Below, piece after piece: positions 35,903 through 47,946 of a stretch of DNA of 64,000 nt. The stretch is taken from NCBI GenBank assembly GCA_963795085.1, contig CAWCFX010000001.1, positions 32,001-96,000 of the forward strand. Reading direction: 5' to 3'. The translations under genes and the position numbers were made by a program. The number at the start of each line of letters is the position of its first letter. The stretch's first letter is position 1. Origin of the DNA: an uncultured Gemmatimonadales bacterium. GTDB taxonomy: Bacteria > Gemmatimonadota > Gemmatimonadetes > Gemmatimonadales > GWC2-71-9. The notes beneath the pieces are model-generated. The model saw only the letters and a program-made list of their open reading frames with translations. It ran no database searches and was not told the origin of the DNA.

Positions 35903-38206
35903 CTACCGCCTGAACTGATACGCCAGCTTCACGAAGAACCCGTCGTTGACCCGCTCCAAGTCGCCGAAGCCGAGGGTCCGCCTCGAGACCATCGAACTGC
36001 CGTAGCCAAGGAAAGCCACCGTGCCCGGGCTGGGTTCGAACGAGGCCAGCAGGTCGAGGCGGAACCGGTTGTCCTGTTCGGGGCCCACCGGAGCCCCATC
36101 GATGAGAATGGGAAACCCGGTGCGGGGATCGCGGAGCGCGGAGGTGCGCTCCGAGAGATAATCCCCCACGATCCTGAAAAAGAGCGCCCGGGTGGGCTGG
36201 TACTCTACCTTCAGCCGGGGGACGATGGTCCTGGCGAACTCGCTGCCGTCTTCCTCCCGAGTGATCCGGCCGACCTCGGTGCTGAACTCGATTCGGAGCC
36301 CCGCGGTGGGACGCAGCCCGAGGAAGACATCGATTTCCGTCTCGGTGGACGTGCCCCCCTCGTCGAAAATCGCTCCACGGCCGTAGGAGAAGCCGATCCC
36401 GGCGTCGAAGGCCTGGAAGGTCGGGGTTTCGATGTCGATGGAGCCGTTGAAGCCGGAGACGCCCCGGGCCAGCTGGAAGGGCTGCACGCCGCCCGGGCCG
36501 GTGTCGACCTGATACCCGGAAAAGTCGGACGGCTCGAAGTCCACGAAGGCCCGGTTCAGTTCGAGGTCCACCTCCCAGCCTCCCCGGAGCTGGAGATTGC
36601 CGCCCACCTGGTCGTTGCCCTCGATCGCGTCCCCGAACATATCGCCGTAGCGCCAGATCCGGCTGGGCCCGAACGTAATTCGGAGGTTCTCCAGGAAGGC
36701 CCCCCGGTCACCGTACCAGCTGAGCCGGTTGAATGCCCTGGCCGTTGTCACGTCCGTGCGGTTCACAAATCCGGACCGGGTGCGGAAATCTTCGCCGATG
36801 GCGTTGACCTGGTAGTTGAAACCCCAGGCCCGGCCGGTGCGGTCGAACTCAAGTTTCCAGATGGGGGAGGTGCGGAGCTCGCCGCCGCCCCGGCGGTCCC
36901 AGGACCCTCCCAGTTGGGCCTCGAAATAATAGAGCCGGGCGAAGACGTAGCGCACGTCGCCCGCCACCACCCGGTTGAAGTCCGACGACCCGAACACGCT
37001 CCGGTCGGTGACGGTGATCCCGGCGAGCGAGTTGGACCCAAAGTCGCGCCGCAGCCGGGTCACGTTGAACAGCACGTCGTCGTTCTCGCCGTCCCCATCC
37101 TCATCCACCTGGTCGAGCGCCGTGAGATAGGCAACGCCAAAATCGCCGAATTTTCCGGTGACCTTGGTACCCACGATGGGATTGACGATCTGCCGGGTAT
37201 AGACCAGCTGGTTGGCGGTGCTGAACAACTCGATGCCCTCGAGAAAAAATGGCCGCTTCTCCGGGAAGAACAGCGCGAACCGCTGGTTGACTGTTACCTG
37301 GCTGACGTCCGATTCGACCTGGCTGAAGTCGGGGTTGACGGTGGCGTCGAGGGAAATGCTGGTGAGGCCGAGGCGCAGGTTGAGCCCCACCTCGGGGTCG
37401 ATGTCCTCCCGCGCAAAGCGCCCGCTCCCCGGGTCGCGGAACCCGTTGCCCGAGGCCGTCACGAAGGGCTGGGCCTCGACCACCAGGCCGCGCCGCAGGT
37501 CGTGCAGGCCATCTATGGTGCCGGCCTGGAGGAGGAAGCTGGCCCCGGCCCGCCGTACATCGGTCCAGGTGTCGTTATACCCGGTGCGCTGGGTCCTGCG
37601 AAGGAAGTTGATTCCCCACTTCTGCGGCCCATTGCCGGGGTAGCGGAGACTCTTGAAGGGGATCCTGACCTCCACCACGTACCCCGAGTCCGTCACCTGT
37701 CCCCGGCTGTCGTAGAGATAGTCCGGATTCCGGTCCACGCTGCCGCCGAAGATGTTGCCGGCGCTGGTCGCCCCCTCGCTCCGGACCCCGTCCTGCTGGA
37801 TGCCCAGCGGATTCACCCCGAAGAAGAAGGCCCGGCGCCGGTCGTTGAAGGTGTCCAGGTAGATGATGATGTGGTCGTCCGAGTCGATGTTGTCGCGATC
37901 GGCCCGGGTGGCCCGTATGGCGGAGGGCTGCCGGTCGTACGCCAGGATCCCGAAATAAATGGCGTCCGGCGCGTACCACACCCGCACCTCGGTCCGCTCC
38001 TCGGCGGGGCGGCCGTCCACCGGCTCGTACTGGGAGAACCCGGTCAGCCGCGCCGCCTGCCTCCAGGCCGGCTCATCGAGCCGGCCATCTACCACCACGG
38101 CCGGTGCCTCGACCCGGGGGATCGTTACGGTGGGCCGGGTCCGGCCATCATTGGCCGGCATGGTGTCCGGGTTCTGGAGAACCAGCAACAGGGCGAGCGA
38201 CAGCAC
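35903..38206 (-). CDS. CBM9-like / DUF5916 outer-membrane protein
   Basis: VDGRLDEPAW, YLDTFNDRR, NPDFSQVESD, FFPEKRPFFLEG; C-terminal KLAYQF. Confidence 0.85.
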   Translation of the reverse strand: MLSLALLLVLQNPDTMPANDGRTRPTVTIPRVEAPAVVVDGRLDEPAWRQAARLTGFSQYEPVDGRPAEERTEVRVWYAPDAIYFGILAYDRQPSAIRATRADRDNIDSDDHIIIYLDTFNDRRRAFFFGVNPLGIQQDGVRSEGATSAGNIFGGSVDRNPDYLYDSRGQVTDSGYVVEVRIPFKSLRYPGNGPQKWGINFLRRTQRTGYNDTWTDVRRAGASFLLQAGTIDGLHDLRRGLVVEAQPFVTASGNGFRDPGSGRFAREDIDPEVGLNLRLGLTSISLDATVNPDFSQVESDVSQVTVNQRFALFFPEKRPFFLEGIELFSTANQLVYTRQIVNPIVGTKVTGKFGDFGVAYLTALDQVDEDGDGENDDVLFNVTRLRRDFGSNSLAGITVTDRSVFGSSDFNRVVAGDVRYVFARLYYFEAQLGGSWDRRGGGELRTSPIWKLEFDRTGRAWGFNYQVNAIGEDFRTRSGFVNRTDVTTARAFNRLSWYGDRGAFLENLRITFGPSRIWRYGDMFGDAIEGNDQVGGNLQLRGGWEVDLELNRAFVDFEPSDFSGYQVDTGPGGVQPFQLARGVSGFNGSIDIETPTFQAFDAGIGFSYGRGAIFDEGGTSTETEIDVFLGLRPTAGLRIEFSTEVGRITREEDGSEFARTIVPRLKVEYQPTRALFFRIVGDYLSERTSALRDPRTGFPILIDGAPVGPEQDNRFRLDLLASFEPSPGTVAFLGYGSSMVSRRTLGFGDLERVNDGFFVKLAYQFRR

Positions 38207-38241
38207 GAAGGGTGCCTTGTAAGGGATGGGGAAATCTAGAT

Positions 38242-38384
38242 AATTGAGGGAATTGAGGGAATTGAGGGAATTGAGGGAATTGAGGGAATGTGGGAATTGA
38301 GGGAATTGTAGAAATGAGCTTCAATTCCACAATTCCCTCAATTCCACAATTCCCTCAATTCCAACATTCCCTCAATCATTTCCC

Positions 38385-38385
<1 letters not shown>
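38242..38385. repeat. 9-mer microsatellite (AATTGAGGG)n followed by its inverted complement
   Basis: Five perfect copies 38242-38286 plus variants; aattccctc/aattccac copies 38323-38375. Confidence 0.92.
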
Positions 38386-39601
<1,216 letters not shown>

Positions 39602-39605
<4 letters not shown>

Positions 39606-41119
39606 GGCCGGGCCGCCGTGCTGGGAGTCGTCGCGGTGCCGCCGGTGGTGGTGGTGCTCTGGCGCATGCCTCCCATGCTCCCGCCTCCGGTCACCCGCTC
39701 CATCCGTTCCCGCCATTCTTCCTGGGACGCGACCAGGCTGGCGCTGGGAAGCACCAGTACCGAATCCGACGGCGAAAGGCCCTCGACGATTTCGCTGTAA
39801 TCCATGTCGGTCAGGCCGGTCCGCACGTTGACCGCGAACGGTTTGCCATCGCGCAGGACGAAGACCACGTACCGGCCTCCAAACTGGTAGTCATTGGTCT
39901 GGGTCCGGGACCGGCCGCCGCTCCCGCCCCCGCTCATGCCGGCGAACACCTTGCGGAGCAGGGAACTCTCTTCCGCGCTGACCTGCCCGCCGCCCATCCG
40001 CTTCTTCATGATCTCGGAGACCTGGGCCTCGGTCACCCCCTCGGGGAGCGTGATGCTGCGGCCGTCCGGCAGCCGCATGGTATTGGCAGCGGCCTGCTTC
40101 GCCGTGTCCCCGCCCGCGGTCCGGGCCCCCATCGAGTCCTGCCGGGTGGAGACCTGCGCCAGCTGCTCCTCGACGAGCTTCGGGTCGATCCCCAGGACCA
40201 GGGCCGCAGAACCCATGTCCCGGGTGGTCCGGAGGGCGGCATTGGGGATCGCCATGACCTGGTCCCGGCGCCCGACGTGCACTTCCACCTCGGCGTTCAT
40301 CCCCGGACGGAGCAGGCCCTCCCGGTTCTGGATCCGGATGAGCACCGGGAACATGGTGACGTTCTGCTCGGTCACCGCCTGCGGTTCCACTTTGAGCACG
40401 GTGCCCTCGAAGGGCCGGTTGGGAAAGGCTTCGACCGTCACCGTGGCCCGGAGCCCTGGCTGGATCTTGCCGATGTCGGTCTCGTCCACCAGGGCGCGCA
40501 CCTGGACCAGGCTCAGGTCGGCCATCTTGAGGAGCACGGTCCCCCCGCCGACATCGTTGGTCGGCGACGAAATGACCTGCCCCCGCTCGACGTTCTTCTC
40601 GATGATCACCCCGGAGATGGGAGCCCGCACGTCGGTGTCCTCCAGGCGGATGCGGGCATTCTCAAGCGAGACCACGGCGCGTACCGAGTCGGCGATGGCG
40701 TTGGCGTAGGTGAGCTGGGCCGCCTCGTACTCCGTCTCGGTGATGGACCGGGACTGGTAGAGTTCGTCGCTCCGCCGCTTGGTGGCGCGGGCGTTGGCCA
40801 GGGTGGCCCGGGCCACTTCGAATTCGGCCTGGGTCTGGTCCATGGTGTTGCGAGCCGTGCGCGGATCCACCTTGACCATCAGCTGGCCGCGGGGCACCTG
40901 CTGCCCGGTCTCGACCATGATCTGAAGGATCTCGCCGGAGGCCTTGGACTTGACCTCCACGGTGGTGTCGGGCTGCACGGTGCCCGCCGCCCGGGCGGAG
41001 ACCACGATGTCGCGCTGGACGACCGGCACCGCCTGGTACATGGCGGGCGCCACGACCTCTTCCTTTTTACAGGCGAGGACGGTCAGGAGGGCGAGGCCGG
41101 TCAGGATGTTCAGTCGCAT
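39602..41119 (-). CDS. MacA-like periplasmic adaptor lipoprotein
   Basis: Lipobox VLAC; VKSKASGEI, VRAPISG, VDETDIG, LRPGMNA. Confidence 0.92.
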
Positions 41120-41156
41120 AATTCCGGAATTCCAGGTTGAAGAAACGTACCGCATG

Positions 41157-41916
41157 CTAGTGCTTGCCCGGCGTCGCGAAGTCGCGGTGCACCCGGCCGT
41201 CGAGGATATGGACCTGGCGGTCGGCGTGCTCGGCGATGTCGTGCTCGTGGGTCACCAGCACGATGGTCTGGCCGCCCCCATGCAGGTTCTCGAACAGCGC
41301 CATGATCTCCTGCCCGGTGGTCGAGTCGAGATTGCCGGTCGGCTCGTCGGCCAGCAGGATGCTGGGGTTGTTAACCAGGGCCCGGGCGATCGCCACCCGC
41401 TGGCGCTGGCCGCCGGAAAGCTCGTTGGGCTTGTGGCCCATCCGGTCCTTGAGGCCGACCCGGGTGAGCGATTCTTCCGCCATTTGCCGCCGCTCCTTGC
41501 CAGCACATACCGGCGTAGACCAGCGGCAGCTCCACGTTGTGCAGCGCCGAAGCCCGGGGCAGCAGGTTGAAGGTCTGGAAGACGAAGCCGATCTCCCGGT
41601 TGCGAATCCTGGCGAGCTGGTTGTCGTTCAACTCGGATACCCGGTAGCCGTTGAGCCAGTACTCGCCCTCGGTCGGCGTATCCAGGCAGCCGATCATGTT
41701 CATCAGCGTGGACTTGCCGGAACCCGAGGGGCCCATGATGGCCACGAACTCGTTCTTCCGGATCACCACGTCCAGCCCGCGGAGGGCCCGGACGATCTCC
41801 TCGCCCATGACGTACTCGCGCTTGAGATTCCGGGTGACGATGACGGCATCCCGGGGGACATCGGCCGGGAGCTGGGCCATCCGTTCGGCGGTCGAGTCCA
41901 TCGTGGCGGGGCTCAT
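41157..41916 (-). pseudogene. ABC transporter ATP-binding protein (MacB/LolD-like) with frameshift near 41505
   Basis: Walker A GPSGSGKS in one frame; LSGGQ, LADEPTG and VTH in another; removing one base restores [17 protein letters not shown]. Confidence 0.85.
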
Positions 41917-43223
41917 AGGGGCCTTCCAATAAGGGCTTCGATCTGGGCTTTGGCGCGAAGGTAGTCGAACCGCGCATTCACGGCGTCCACTTCGGCCTGG
42001 GCCAGGGTTTCCTGCGAGGTCAGCAGCTCGACGATGGTCGCGGCACCCAGCCGGTAACGCTCCTGCTGCACCCGGAGATCCTCCTCCGCCGCGCGGACGC
42101 TGATCTGGGTGATCTCGATCCGCACCCGGGCCGCATCGAGCAGGGCCATCTGGGTCGTCAGCGAGGCCTGGATCTGCCGCCGGGAGTCCTCGGCGTTGGC
42201 TTCGGCCACGAACAGGTTGCTCTGCTGGACGGTGACGTTCCGCTCCCGGGTAAACCGGTTGAAGATAGGCCAGGAGACCTGGAGGTTCACCGACCGGTTC
42301 TGGAACAGGTCGTAATCGTTCCGGTTGCTGCCGTTGTAGTTGTAGTTGGCGCCGAGGCTGACCGTGGGCCAGTAGGAGGAGCGGGACGCGGCCAGGGTGG
42401 CTTCCGCCGCCATCCGGTTGGCCTCGCTGCTCTGCACCCGGGGCGACTGCGATTCGGCCTCGGCCTTGAGCGTGGTGGTATCCACGGCGGTCACCACCCG
42501 GTAGAACGATGAGTCGTCCACCGCCTGGACCCGCCTGTCCACGCCGATCAGCCGGCCGAGGTTGGCTTCCGCCTGGGCCAGCGAGGCCTGGGCGTTCACC
42601 AGCTGCAGCCGGGCGGTGCCCAGGGTCACCAGGGATCGGAGCGAGTCCGAGCGGGTTGCCGATCCGCTGCCCAGCTTGGCGATCGCGATCTTGAGCTGCT
42701 CCTCGGCCCGGCGGACTCCCGCATCGCGGACGCCCATGAGCTGGGCCGCATACAGCGCATTGAGGAACTCCTGCGTGGTATTCAGCTTGGACTGAAAGCG
42801 GGCGTCCACCAGGGTGGCATCGGCCGCCGCGCCCGTGGCCTTGGCGGCGCGGACGTCGGCTCCCCGGCGAAAGCCGGTGAACAGGTCCATGCTGGCCGAG
42901 AGTCCTGCGCTCACGCTGGTGCTGCTGCTGCTGCCGCTGATAATCTGGCCGGTGACCGGGTCGGTGCGCGACTGGCCCTCGGAGAAGCTGTTGCCGGCGC
43001 TGGTCGAGGCGGTCAGGCTGGGAAGAAACTGCCCGTATGCGGCCCGCAACTGGGCGTCCGCATTGCGGACGCTCCCCTCGGCCTGGATGACGGCCGGCTG
43101 GACCCGGTCGGCCAGCCGGATGGCCTCGTCGAGTGTCACCGTCGGCCGGGGCTGCGGCTGCTGGGCGGTGAGCGGCGCCACCGGCGCCAGAACGAGAAAC
43201 GAAAGACCCAATCGAAAACGCAT
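41913..43223 (-). CDS. TolC family outer-membrane efflux protein
   Basis: Signal peptide; LPSL/WPTV repeat halves, [14 protein letters not shown]. Confidence 0.9.
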   Translation of the reverse strand: MRFRLGLSFLVLAPVAPLTAQQPQPRPTVTLDEAIRLADRVQPAVIQAEGSVRNADAQLRAAYGQFLPSLTASTSAGNSFSEGQSRTDPVTGQIISGSSSSTSVSAGLSASMDLFTGFRRGADVRAAKATGAAADATLVDARFQSKLNTTQEFLNALYAAQLMGVRDAGVRRAEEQLKIAIAKLGSGSATRSDSLRSLVTLGTARLQLVNAQASLAQAEANLGRLIGVDRRVQAVDDSSFYRVVTAVDTTTLKAEAESQSPRVQSSEANRMAAEATLAASRSSYWPTVSLGANYNYNGSNRNDYDLFQNRSVNLQVSWPIFNRFTRERNVTVQQSNLFVAEANAEDSRRQIQASLTTQMALLDAARVRIEITQISVRAAEEDLRVQQERYRLGAATIVELLTSQETLAQAEVDAVNARFDYLRAKAQIEALIGRPL

Positions 43224-43224
43224 G

Positions 43225-43626
43225 TTACTCCTTCGGCCTGCGGCGGTCGTAGTCCCGGCGCTCTTTTTCGAAGCGCGCGATCATCTCGGTGTATTTGCTC
43301 TGCTGCTCGGGGGTCAGCTGGCGGCGGATGTCATTACTGATGGAGTCCTTGATTGTTTCAAACCGGGACCCCAGGTGACGCCACACGGAGTCCATCTTCG
43401 GCTTGTACCGCTCGAGAATGGCTTCGACACTGTCCCGCTGCTCCCGGGTCAGGTCCAGTTTCCGCGCCATGTACTCGATATGGTCGCCTGAGTCATGGCG
43501 TCCATGGGCATTCCGCCCCCGGTGCCCATCGCCCCGCTCGGCGACCGCCACGGCGGCGCCGCCGGCCAGGGCGCCTACCGCAAAGGTGGCGAGCAGCAGC
43601 AGAGTGGCTTTCCAGGTTGTCTTCAT
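43225..43626 (-). CDS. Spy/CpxP-like periplasmic protein
   Basis: N-terminal TM, His-rich linker, LDLTREQ and LTPEQ motifs. Confidence 0.75.
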   Translation of the reverse strand: MKTTWKATLLLLATFAVGALAGGAAVAVAERGDGHRGRNAHGRHDSGDHIEYMARKLDLTREQRDSVEAILERYKPKMDSVWRHLGSRFETIKDSISNDIRRQLTPEQQSKYTEMIARFEKERRDYDRRRPKE

Positions 43627-43644
43627 TCAAACTCCATCGAAAGT

Positions 43645-43676
43645 GGGCCAGGGGGCCAGAGGGCCAGCGGTCCAGG
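43645..43676. repeat. 8-mer tandem repeat (GGGCCAGN x4)
   Basis: gggccagg gggccaga gggccagc ggtccagg. Confidence 0.65.
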
Positions 43677-43708
43677 AAGATTCATCGAACTCAGGTGGTG
43701 TCGAACGA

Positions 43709-44047
43709 CTACCGCTCCAGCACCACCTGCAGCATCATCTCGTTGTCCATCTGGACCGAGCTGAACAGCGTCTCCGGCGCGTCCCCGGGGAGAATGGCCT
43801 CGGCCAGGCTGGGCGCGTCGGTCACCGGGTTGAACGCGAGCCAGAGGGTCATCCCCAGCAGAAACGCGATCGCTGCGGCAATGCCGGGCCGGGCCCAGCG
43901 CCCGAGTACCGCCCAGCTATCATCGTCGGCGGCGATCCGCACCATCACCGCGCGGACGAAGCCGGCGTGGTCACCCGGCGCTAACGTCTCCCGGAGCAAA
44001 TCCCCCAGCCGGGCGTCGCGCTCGTGCTCGAACGGATTGCCAGTCAT
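43709..44047 (-). CDS. Putative single-TM anti-sigma factor
   Basis: ATGA-coupled to ECF sigma; one TM helix. Confidence 0.65.
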   Translation of the reverse strand: MTGNPFEHERDARLGDLLRETLAPGDHAGFVRAVMVRIAADDDSWAVLGRWARPGIAAAIAFLLGMTLWLAFNPVTDAPSLAEAILPGDAPETLFSSVQMDNEMMLQVVLER

Positions 44048-44586
44048 TCTTCGGCCTCCTTGAATTCGGCCAGGGCCCGGCGCAGTGCGCGGCGGGCGTG
44101 AAACACATCCGAACGGACGGTGCCTTCCGGGATCCCCAGCAGCTCCGCGATATCGGCATGGGGGTACCCTTCCGCGTCGAACAGGGTCACCGCCACCCGC
44201 TGCCGCTCGGGTAAGTCCGCCAGGGCGGCCGCCAGCCGGGCCCGGAGAATGCCGCGGTCGGTTTCCCGCTCTGGGGAGACCGTCGTCGAGGGAGCGCTCA
44301 CCGGGATCTCCTCGGTCGTCCGGACCCGCCGCTTGCGGCGGAAATCGGCTGCGGCATTCATCACGATCCGCATCAGCCAGGGCGCGAAGGGCCGGGCCTG
44401 ATCGAACTTGTCCAGGTTCCGCCAGGCGAGCAGGAATCCATCCTGGGAGGCATCGTCGGCGTCGGCTTCGTGCTGGAGAACGGTGCGAGCGAGGCGGCGC
44501 GCCGCGGCGGCATGTCGGTTCACCAACTCGCCAAAGGCCTCTCGGTCGCCCCGGGCGGCCCGCTGGGCGAGTTCGGTGTCGCTCAC
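44044..44586 (-). CDS. ECF RNA polymerase sigma factor
   Basis: DADDASQDGF, FAPWLMRI, IAELLGIPEGTVRS. Confidence 0.93.
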   Translation of the reverse strand: MSDTELAQRAARGDREAFGELVNRHAAAARRLARTVLQHEADADDASQDGFLLAWRNLDKFDQARPFAPWLMRIVMNAAADFRRKRRVRTTEEIPVSAPSTTVSPERETDRGILRARLAAALADLPERQRVAVTLFDAEGYPHADIAELLGIPEGTVRSDVFHARRALRRALAEFKEAEE

Positions 44587-44592
44587 GTGGGG

Positions 44593-44620
44593 TTTACGCG
44601 AGGTGAGGAAGAATCGTTGA
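44593..44620 (-). promoter_or_regulatory. Putative autoregulatory ECF promoter (leaderless)
   Basis: tcAAC-N17-CGTaaa, ending 6 nt before the GTG start. Confidence 0.6.
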
Positions 44621-44735
44621 GCGGCGGAGTGGACATGACACTAAGAACAATAGCGGGGTGGGCGGGAGGACGGAAATGCTTACATCCCAATCAATTAGGG
44701 AGCACCGCTCGGGGATTGCCCACCTGCCGTGCGAT

Positions 44736-46181
44736 CTACCCGCTCCGCCTCCGCAGCGCCTCGCGGGTCGCCGCCACCGCCAGCCACACGCACAACGCGC
44801 CGAAAGCGTAGGCCGCGGTTTTGGGGAGTAGAATGAAAAAGCCCGCGAGCACCACCAGCGCCAGCGCCACCGGCCCGTAAATGGACCGGCGCGCCCCGGT
44901 GACCACGGTCCACAGCGCCACCACCGCGCGGCGGCGGCCTTCCCGGCGGCTCCGCTGGTGCTCGACAGGATGTTCGTCCGGCCGCTGGCGGGCGAGAGTG
45001 GACGGCAGCACCCGCTGAAATCGCTCCGGGGCGCGCACTTTGCCACGCACGATCTCCGCGCTCCTGGCGATGTCCTTCCGGAACTGGTCCTCCATCTGCT
45101 GCGCCAGGTCCCGGTCTTCGATCAGCACGTCCAGTTCGTAATTGCCGAGCAGGCTGGAGGCATTGAGGTTACTGGTGCCGATCCGGGTCCAGCAGGTGTC
45201 GGCCACGATGGTCTTGGCATGCAGCATGGGGCCTTCCCATTCAAAGATCCGGATCCCGGAGCGGAGCAGGTCGCGGTAGCCGATCCGGGTAAAGTTCCGG
45301 ACCAGCGCGACGTCGCTCGACCCCGGCACCAGCATCCGGATGTCCACCCCGTCCCGGGCCGCGTCCACGAAGGCCTGGAAGAGGCGCGGCGGCGGCACCA
45401 TGTAGGCGTCGGTGATCCACAGGCGCCGGACGGTGCTCGCCGCGAGCATCTCCAGCACCTTGTAGGTCCGCTCCCGCCCCGGCTTTCCTATGATCGTGCG
45501 GACCGACGCGTCGCCGCAGGACGGCACCTCGCCTACCGCTTCACTCTCCGCGATGGGCGGCCCGCAGGAGGCCCAGATGCTCTCGAAAGCCCGATCGAGG
45601 GACACTGCCGCGGGTCCCCGGACCTCGATCGCGGTGTCCCGCCACGGCAGGATGCCCCTGGCGGAATCCCCCACCCATTCGTCGCCGATGCAGAGGCCGC
45701 CGGTGACGGCGCGAGCGCTGTCTCCCACCACCAGCTTGCGGTGATTGCGGGAGAGGTTATCGAAAGCGTCCAGCAGCTTGGGCGGCTTGAACGCCCGGAC
45801 TTCCACCCCCGCAGACCGGAGAAAGCGCCAGAGCTTGCCCCTGGTGGCCATGCTGCCGAGCCAGTCATAGAGGACCCGCACGGTGACGCCTTCGCGGGCC
45901 CGGGTGGCGAGCGCTTCGGCGAACCGCCATCCGGTTGCATCGCTGCGAAAGATGTAGTTCTCGAAATGAATGCGGCGGCGGGCGGTCGCGATGATATCCA
46001 GCATGGCCGCGTAGCATTCCGGGCCATCGATCAGGAGCCGGACGTCGTTTCCGGGGATGGGGCGGTGGCCGGCGGCGCGGTCGATCGCCTTGTCGAGCGA
46101 GCCGGACATGGCCCGCTCCAACTGGCTGGAAGAACTGGGCTGGGCGGTCACGGTCGGTAGGTTCCCCTGGTTTGGCGCCAC
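44736..46181 (-). CDS. cls: Cardiolipin synthase-like phospholipase D
   Basis: Two HKD motifs: NHRKLVVGD and LHAKTIVAD; start position uncertain. Confidence 0.9.
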   Translation of the reverse strand: MAPNQGNLPTVTAQPSSSSQLERAMSGSLDKAIDRAAGHRPIPGNDVRLLIDGPECYAAMLDIIATARRRIHFENYIFRSDATGWRFAEALATRAREGVTVRVLYDWLGSMATRGKLWRFLRSAGVEVRAFKPPKLLDAFDNLSRNHRKLVVGDSARAVTGGLCIGDEWVGDSARGILPWRDTAIEVRGPAAVSLDRAFESIWASCGPPIAESEAVGEVPSCGDASVRTIIGKPGRERTYKVLEMLAASTVRRLWITDAYMVPPPRLFQAFVDAARDGVDIRMLVPGSSDVALVRNFTRIGYRDLLRSGIRIFEWEGPMLHAKTIVADTCWTRIGTSNLNASSLLGNYELDVLIEDRDLAQQMEDQFRKDIARSAEIVRGKVRAPERFQRVLPSTLARQRPDEHPVEHQRSRREGRRRAVVALWTVVTGARRSIYGPVALALVVLAGFFILLPKTAAYAFGALCVWLAVAATREALRRRSG

Positions 46182-46206
46182 CGAGCCCGGCTACACCCGG
46201 AGGAGA

Positions 46207-46797
46207 TTACGGCTGGCTGCCGGCGCCGAGGCCGAGACGGTCTTCGTGGGGCCGGAGGGCACTGAGCACGAAGGCGATATGATCATCGAGGGAAACCCCT
46301 ATTTCCGCCGCGCCCTGGATCACATCGTCCCGGTTTACTCCGCGGGCAAATCCCTTGTCCTTGAGTTTCTTGCGGACGCTTTTCACTTCGAGGTCGGCCA
46401 GGCTCCGGGAGGGACGGACCAGCGCGCAGGCCACCAGGAACCCCGAGAGTTCGTCCACCGCAAAGAGGGATCGCGCGAGCGGGGTCTCCCGGGGAACTCC
46501 GGTGTAGGCGGCATGGCCCAGGATGGCCCGCTGCCACTCCTCCGGGAAGCCCTCGGCGGCGAGAATTCGCACCCCTTCGGCCGGATGCTCGTCCACCGGG
46601 CTGTGGGCGTCGTTGGGGAACCGCTCGTAGTCGAAGTCATGCAGCAGGCCGACGATGCCCCATGCCTCAGGGTCGGCGCCCTCTCCGATCGCCATCGCCC
46701 GCATGGCGATCTCCACGGCGTACATGTGCCTGCGGAGCGCCTCGGACGCCGTGTACTCGTGCATGATGGCGAGGGCGCGGTCCCGGTTCCATGTCAT
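46207..46797 (-). CDS. HD-domain phosphohydrolase
   Basis: RRHMYAVE, GLLHDFDYE, AILGH, AVDELSG. Confidence 0.88.
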   Translation of the reverse strand: MTWNRDRALAIMHEYTASEALRRHMYAVEIAMRAMAIGEGADPEAWGIVGLLHDFDYERFPNDAHSPVDEHPAEGVRILAAEGFPEEWQRAILGHAAYTGVPRETPLARSLFAVDELSGFLVACALVRPSRSLADLEVKSVRKKLKDKGFARGVNRDDVIQGAAEIGVSLDDHIAFVLSALRPHEDRLGLGAGSQP

Positions 46798-46836
46798 GTG
46801 TGTCGGTGTCCCCATTGCTCGGTCCAGTCCTGTCCA

Positions 46837-46940
46837 CTGTCCCACTGTCCGACTGTCCCACTGTCCGACTGTCCGACTGTCCGACGGTCCCACCGTCCCA
46901 CTGTCCCACTGTCCCACTGTCCCACTGTCCCACTGTCCCA
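46837..46940. repeat. 8-mer microsatellite (CTGTCCSA) x13
   Basis: Thirteen consecutive ctgtccca/ctgtccga-type units. Confidence 0.95.
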
Positions 46941-46964
46941 CTCCCTTACCCTCTTACCCCCTTG

Positions 46965-47387
46965 TCAATTGGGCGGCCCGCCGAACACCTGCCCCTTGTC
47001 CACCTGGGCCGCGGTCAGCGGGACCCGGGCGCCGGGGGTGCCGTCGAGGCTGATCTCGAAGGCATACTGCCCTGGCCGGGGCAGCGGGATGTCGAAGACC
47101 AGCACCGCTCCGGCTTCCAGCTCGGTGACGCCGGCCACCGGCTCGCCGAACTGCACGGTGCCTTCCCCGCCCATCAACTCCTGCCCGTCGCCGTCGGTGA
47201 ACTTGATGCGGATCGAGTGGGTGCCGATCTCGGTGCGCCGGCCCCGTACCCGCAGCACCAGGTGGGTGCGGGCGTTAACCGTGGGGAACGCGGTGACCCA
47301 GACATGCTGGAAAATCCCGATGATCGAGAGCTTGCCCTGCTGGTCAATGAGGGCGTAATCGGCGAGAACCGCGAAGTCGAGATGCAA
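46965..47387 (-). CDS. Conserved hypothetical protein (DUF6941-like)
   Basis: LADYA...GKLSIIGIF...PGQYAFEISLDG. Confidence 0.75.
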   Translation of the reverse strand: MHLDFAVLADYALIDQQGKLSIIGIFQHVWVTAFPTVNARTHLVLRVRGRRTEIGTHSIRIKFTDGDGQELMGGEGTVQFGEPVAGVTELEAGAVLVFDIPLPRPGQYAFEISLDGTPGARVPLTAAQVDKGQVFGGPPN

Positions 47388-47834
47388 TCAGGCGACCCGG
47401 ATGGAGGTGATGACATCGTTCTGCTTGATCGCTTTGACCACGTCCATGCCGTCCTTCACCTGGCCGAACACCGTGTGCACCCGGTCGAGGTGCGACTGGG
47501 GGGCATGACAGATGAAGAATTGGCTGCCGCCAGTGTCCTTGCCGGCGTGGGCCATGGAGAGAGTTCCCGCGACGTGCTTGTGGGTATTGCGGCTGGTTTC
47601 GCACTTGATCTTGTAGCCGGGGCCCCCGGTCCCCACCCGGGGATTGTTGGGGTCGCGGGAGAGCGGGTCGCCGCCCTGGATCATGAAATTGGAGATGACC
47701 CGGTGAAAGCGGGTGCCATCGTAGAACTCGCTGTTTGCCAGCTTTTCGAAGTTGGCGACGGTGTCGGGGGCTTCTTCGTCGAACAGCTCGGCCGTGACGG
47801 TGCCACGGGAGGTCTCTATGGTAGCGGTCTTCAT
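47388..47834 (-). CDS. Cyclophilin-type peptidyl-prolyl isomerase
   Basis: [36 protein letters not shown]. Confidence 0.95.
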   Translation of the reverse strand: MKTATIETSRGTVTAELFDEEAPDTVANFEKLANSEFYDGTRFHRVISNFMIQGGDPLSRDPNNPRVGTGGPGYKIKCETSRNTHKHVAGTLSMAHAGKDTGGSQFFICHAPQSHLDRVHTVFGQVKDGMDVVKAIKQNDVITSIRVA

Positions 47835-47946
47835 CGAATCGCTCGTGGTGAAAGGTGGCGGAGTTGCTGCAAAGTAGCGGGGCCGGGGGCCGGCCGGGCA
47901 GGGGGACGCGCGGTCCGGGCTCGCGGCGGGAGACCGTGCCGACTCA

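Noticed and set aside
46798..46941. Repetitive N-terminal extension (GQWDSGTV)n of the HD protein
   Set aside because: It is a translation of the 8-mer microsatellite; the family-like start MTWNRDRA is at 46797
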